Below are positions 60,060 through 64,000 of a DNA stretch of 64,000 nucleotides, in pieces. The position numbers and the translations under genes are program-made. The notes beneath the pieces were generated by a model that saw only the letters and a list, made by a program, of their open reading frames with translations, was not told where the DNA came from and did no database searches. Within the stretch, counting starts at the first letter, position 1, and each line of letters begins with the position of its first letter. Source of the stretch: Octopus vulgaris (lineage: Eukaryota). The stretch is taken from contig OX597833.1 of NCBI GenBank assembly GCA_951406725.2, forward strand, positions 44,330,001-44,394,000. The letters are read 5' to 3'.

Positions 60060-60108
60060 AGGGAGACGTGTAAGAAGTCATCGTCAGTAAAATTATAGCT
60101 AACAACAT
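60060..60108 (-). CDS. Gene A, coding exon 1: signal peptide MLLAIILLTMTSYTSP (phase 1)
   Basis: ATG at 60108, 16 codons + 1 nt, then GTAAGT donor; upstream acceptor TATTTCAG before 60167; homologous to signal exons at 44499, 12065 and 16782; joins in frame to the exon at 57615. Confidence 0.8.
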
Positions 60109-60335
60109 CTTTGAAGTTCACGGTCAAGTATAAGGCAAACAGAGGAATGGTCGTCGGCTCCCAGTAACTGAAATATAACCAAAGATATGTCAGCCTCTGA
60201 TAAAATCTAGGGTTAAAACAACAAAAGAATAAGGAACATTGAGAAAAAGAGAGAACATCCATATGCGTGAATAATCAAGGAAATGAGATTTGAAGTGTGA
60301 ATGAATCTGAGATTGTTCATCTCTCTATTTCTTTT

Positions 60336-60407
<72 letters not shown>

Positions 60408-60578
60408 ATTTTCAATCTATCTCTTCCAAACTCTCTATGTGCTTCGAAAAATTCATAGAATGTACCGAAAATAGTGAAATTGTTCATCTGTTGATCTCCC
60501 TCTGTCTCTCGCCTTTATTCTTTCACTCTCTTCCGTCTCTCTTTCTCTCTCTTTCTTTCTTTCTTTCTTTCTCTCTCT

Positions 60579-60620
<42 letters not shown>

Positions 60621-61197
60621 ATTTCGAGAAGTTGACAAAGTAGAATGTACAAAAGAAATTTGACAGGAGGTAACAACGCGACACAGAAAGGGTGAGAGAG
60701 AGAGAGAGTGATACAGAGAGAAAGCGGGGAGATAGACGGAGACATACATACATACATACATACATACATACATACATACATACATACATACATACATACA
60801 TACGTACGTACATAAGATACAAGCATAACAAGTCAGATTAAATGATCTAGCAGGCAAAAAGAAATAATAACCGTTTCCAAGTGGATGTACACATAATAAT
60901 GAAGATTACTACAAAGAATAAAATTCATGACGAATTGAGGAAAAATCTACAAGTACTCCATTACGACTAAAATATTTGATTTCTCTTAATAATTATTGGA
61001 GCATTTGACTACTTGTTCTTGGTAAGCTAGTGTTCACACAAAACCAGCGAGAACACGCCTAATTAAAAGCATTCCGCCACAAGATATCAACAAAAGTACT
61101 GTTGAAATATCTAAAATAGTCATTCATGAAATACAGCATATAATAAGATCCACATAAGGAATGAGGTGTGTACATGCAAACATTGGTGCATACAAAC

Positions 61198-61282
<85 letters not shown>

Positions 61283-61339
61283 TGTTTGGAGATGATGTAC
61301 AGGTATTATATATTAGAAGAAATGAGGTACTCAGCAGCT

Positions 61340-61800
61340 TCACAAAAAAGATCGTCTCATTGTAACAGTTCACCTACTGGGAAAGGCTGAAACGGCTATG
61401 GCTCTGCTCCCTGGAGTGAAGGCAGGCGGGGATATGCAGTAATGTACATCCGGAAGATCTTGGAAAGGATTGTACCTAATTTTGACATTGAAAGCTACAC
61501 AAATGCCAGAACGAGTCGACACTGCACATTGCCAAAGATCCCAGCAATATCGTTGTACTTCAGGACTAATTACTGCAGAAGCCTAGGTTTCAGGGGCCTA
61601 CAGCTTTCTAATAATCTCCCAAAGAGCCTGAGCGACCTACATAAAGTGGATGTAGGTGTTTTGAAATCAAAACTGGGTCTCTTCCTGTCGAGAGTCCCAG
61701 ATGAACCTGCCTGGCAACAGGAGGCGCAAGTGAGGGCAACGACATCAAACACCCTTATTCACCAAATGCCACATATCAGAGGAGGCTCTTAATAATAAGA
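61340..61800 (+). mobile_element. CR1/L2-like LINE 3' end
   Basis: SLE.R...YIRKILE..VPN...SLGFRGLQLSNNLPK...KSKLGLFLSRVPDEP...SNTL. Confidence 0.65.
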
Positions 61801-61861
61801 GTGTAGCAAAACAGCTGTGCCCCAGCATGAAACTGATAATGTAAATAAATAAATAATATAT

Positions 61862-62269
61862 GGCGCAGGAGTGGCTGTGTGGTAAGTAGCTTGTCTACCA
61901 ACCACATGGTTCCGGGTTCAGTCCCACTGCGTGGCACCCTGGGCAAGTGTCTTCTACTATAGCCTCGGGCCGACCAAAGCCTTGTGAGTGGATTTGGTAG
62001 ACGGAAACTGAAAGAAGCCCGTCGTATATATGTATATATATATGTGCGTGTGTGTGTTTGTATGTCTGTGTTTGTCCCCTAGCATTGCTTGACAAGCGAT
62101 GCTGGTGTGTTTATGTCCCCGTTACTTAGCGGTTCGGCAAAAGAGACCGATAGAATAAAAGTACTGGGCTTACAAAAAAAGAATAAGTCCCGGGGTCGAG
62201 TTGCTCGATTAAAGGCGGTGCTCCAGCATGGCCGCAGTCAAATGACTGAAACAAGTAAAAAGAGAAAGA

Positions 62270-62270
<1 letters not shown>
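61862..62270 (+). mobile_element. SINE (GGCGCAGGAGTGGCTGTGTGGTAAG...CCAGCATGGCCGCAGTCAAATGACTGAAAC)
   Basis: tRNA-like head and A-rich tail; same family inverted at 48710-49150, 3' part at 2127-2250, old copies at 26620-26810 and 29160-29345. Confidence 0.8.
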
Positions 62271-62303
<33 letters not shown>

Positions 62304-62311
62304 TATATACA

Positions 62312-62345
<34 letters not shown>

Positions 62346-62581
62346 ATATATACATATATATTACAGAATCGGATAGGCGTTGACACTTCTCAGCTCATCC
62401 GCCCTTTGACGGGTTTCGTTTTTCATCCCGTTTGGTGTCTAAAAACCACTTTACTTACCAAGTCAGGCTTGGTTATGTTGCCGGTTTAGTCGCCGACGGT
62501 TCGACCATGCGGCAGGTTGTACTGGGTTACATGTTACCAGTAGCACTCAAAAGTGACCTGACACTAGCTATATGCGTAAGT

Positions 62582-62960
62582 ACAAGGGTTGGACAAAATG
62601 GAAACACCTAGCATCATAGCATCATAATTTTGAAATATCTATAAAACCGTCAAAAGCTTGTTTATTCTTATGGTTTCTGATTTATTATTAGTGTTGCTTA
62701 ATATGTTTTGCTAAAATTGCTGTTTCTTTTCGGATATCATCAGAAAAAGGTAGTTAAAATTCATTAAAATGACAGACCTTTCAAAGAGGTCAAATTGTTG
62801 GTGATTGTATGGCAGGCGCTAGCGTCTTGGAAGCAACCGAAATGTTTGGTGTATCAAGATGTACTGTCTCAAAAGTAATTACATCCTTTGAGAAAGAGGG
62901 GAAAACTCCGGAAGAAAATCAACACTTTCAGATAGGGACCGTCGGGCTCTTACGCGAAAA
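62582..62960 (+). mobile_element. Tc1-like transposon 5' fragment
   Basis: TA-CAAGGGTTGGACAAAA terminus and RGQIVG..MAGAS...EMFGVSRCTVSKV paired-like HTH. Confidence 0.65.
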
Positions 62961-63701
62961 GTTCAATGAAAGCATTACGTTATTTCAAAGAGGTATTTTG
63001 AAAACCTATAAGAATCAGCGAACATAAAAAAATTTATTTATTTTCATAGAAACGACATCAACATTGCTGTATGTATTGGTATGAAGAAAAATTCTGCAAA
63101 TATCTGACACAGGATAATGAAAAACTGGCACAGTCTGCTCGTTCAATTAACGTGCAAGTGGCTGAGCACTCCACAAACACCGTGTATCCTTAACGTAATG
63201 CTAAGGGAGATTCAGTGTGACACAGAGTATCACACTGACCTCTTGAAATTCTGCCAAAACATTTAGCAACGGAATCACTGTACTTGCTCTCTATTGATAA
63301 TACGAATATGTTTGAATATCTAACTTGTCATTTAGGTGTATGCTTGAGGCTTATGCAGTCATCTGGTGAGAACGGTTTCTTTGTAATGATGTAATGCTTT
63401 CATTGATTAATTAAAGGAATTCCTTGAAACAGCCATCATGAATTGACACTTATACGTCTTTATTACTCATTTATATTATACTCACCCACCCTGGAATCTG
63501 TACTTCGATGGTATTATGGAAAGTACCTTTATGTAAAGTACATGCCTGAACAAACAAGAGCGGATTTATTCAGTATGTTAGATCGTGTTATCTGCATCAG
63601 GTGGGGAAAAAATTCTGCGTAGAGTCTAATACTCACCTGATATTGTCATTCTAACCAGGTGGCTCAATTTAAGTACCTAATTCAACTGAATCTAAGTTAG
63701 C

Positions 63702-63764
<63 letters not shown>

Positions 63765-63941
63765 GAAAACAAGAGAAGGTAGAAAATGCTAAAATAATTT
63801 CATCATTAAATAGATTTTGTAACGGTTAATACCAGTTTTTGTCTTTTCGACTTATTCAATTAAAAGTAAAACAAAGCTGGATATTAATTAAGAAGAAACA
63901 CAATTAAGCTGAAGAAAAAATGACTTAAATGTCTTGTATAT

Positions 63942-63997
<56 letters not shown>

Positions 63998-64000
63998 AGG

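Overview
Repeat-rich, AT-rich animal genomic DNA; the tRNA-derived SINE families, Dong/R4 LINEs and dense (AT)n/(TACA)n/(GAA)n microsatellites point to an octopus/coleoid cephalopod (inference). Most of the ORF track is microsatellite noise or decayed transposons (Dong/R4, Tx1/L1, Penelope-like, RTE, CR1-like, mariner, Tc1, Tigger). Manual splice-site reading reveals a tandem cluster of paralogous minus-strand immunoglobulin-superfamily genes that the ORF track shows only as fragments. Each has a 49-nt signal-peptide exon (MLLVILILxMVPYNSA-like), a phase 1-1 Ig1 exon and, where present, an Ig2 exon. Gene B (44499-22795) assembles into a 277-aa SP-Ig-Ig-stalk-GPI-signal protein. Gene A (60108-51827) is a divergent, basic paralog whose 3' end is unresolved. 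Gene C (12065-2367) has a frameshifted Ig1 exon and runs into an assembly gap. There is also an inverted orphan signal exon at 16782. Ig exons have diverged far more than their flanking introns and signal exons, suggesting diversifying selection, and every Ig1 exon has a long GAA/TTC tract just upstream. All identity values are manual estimates; no database searches were run.
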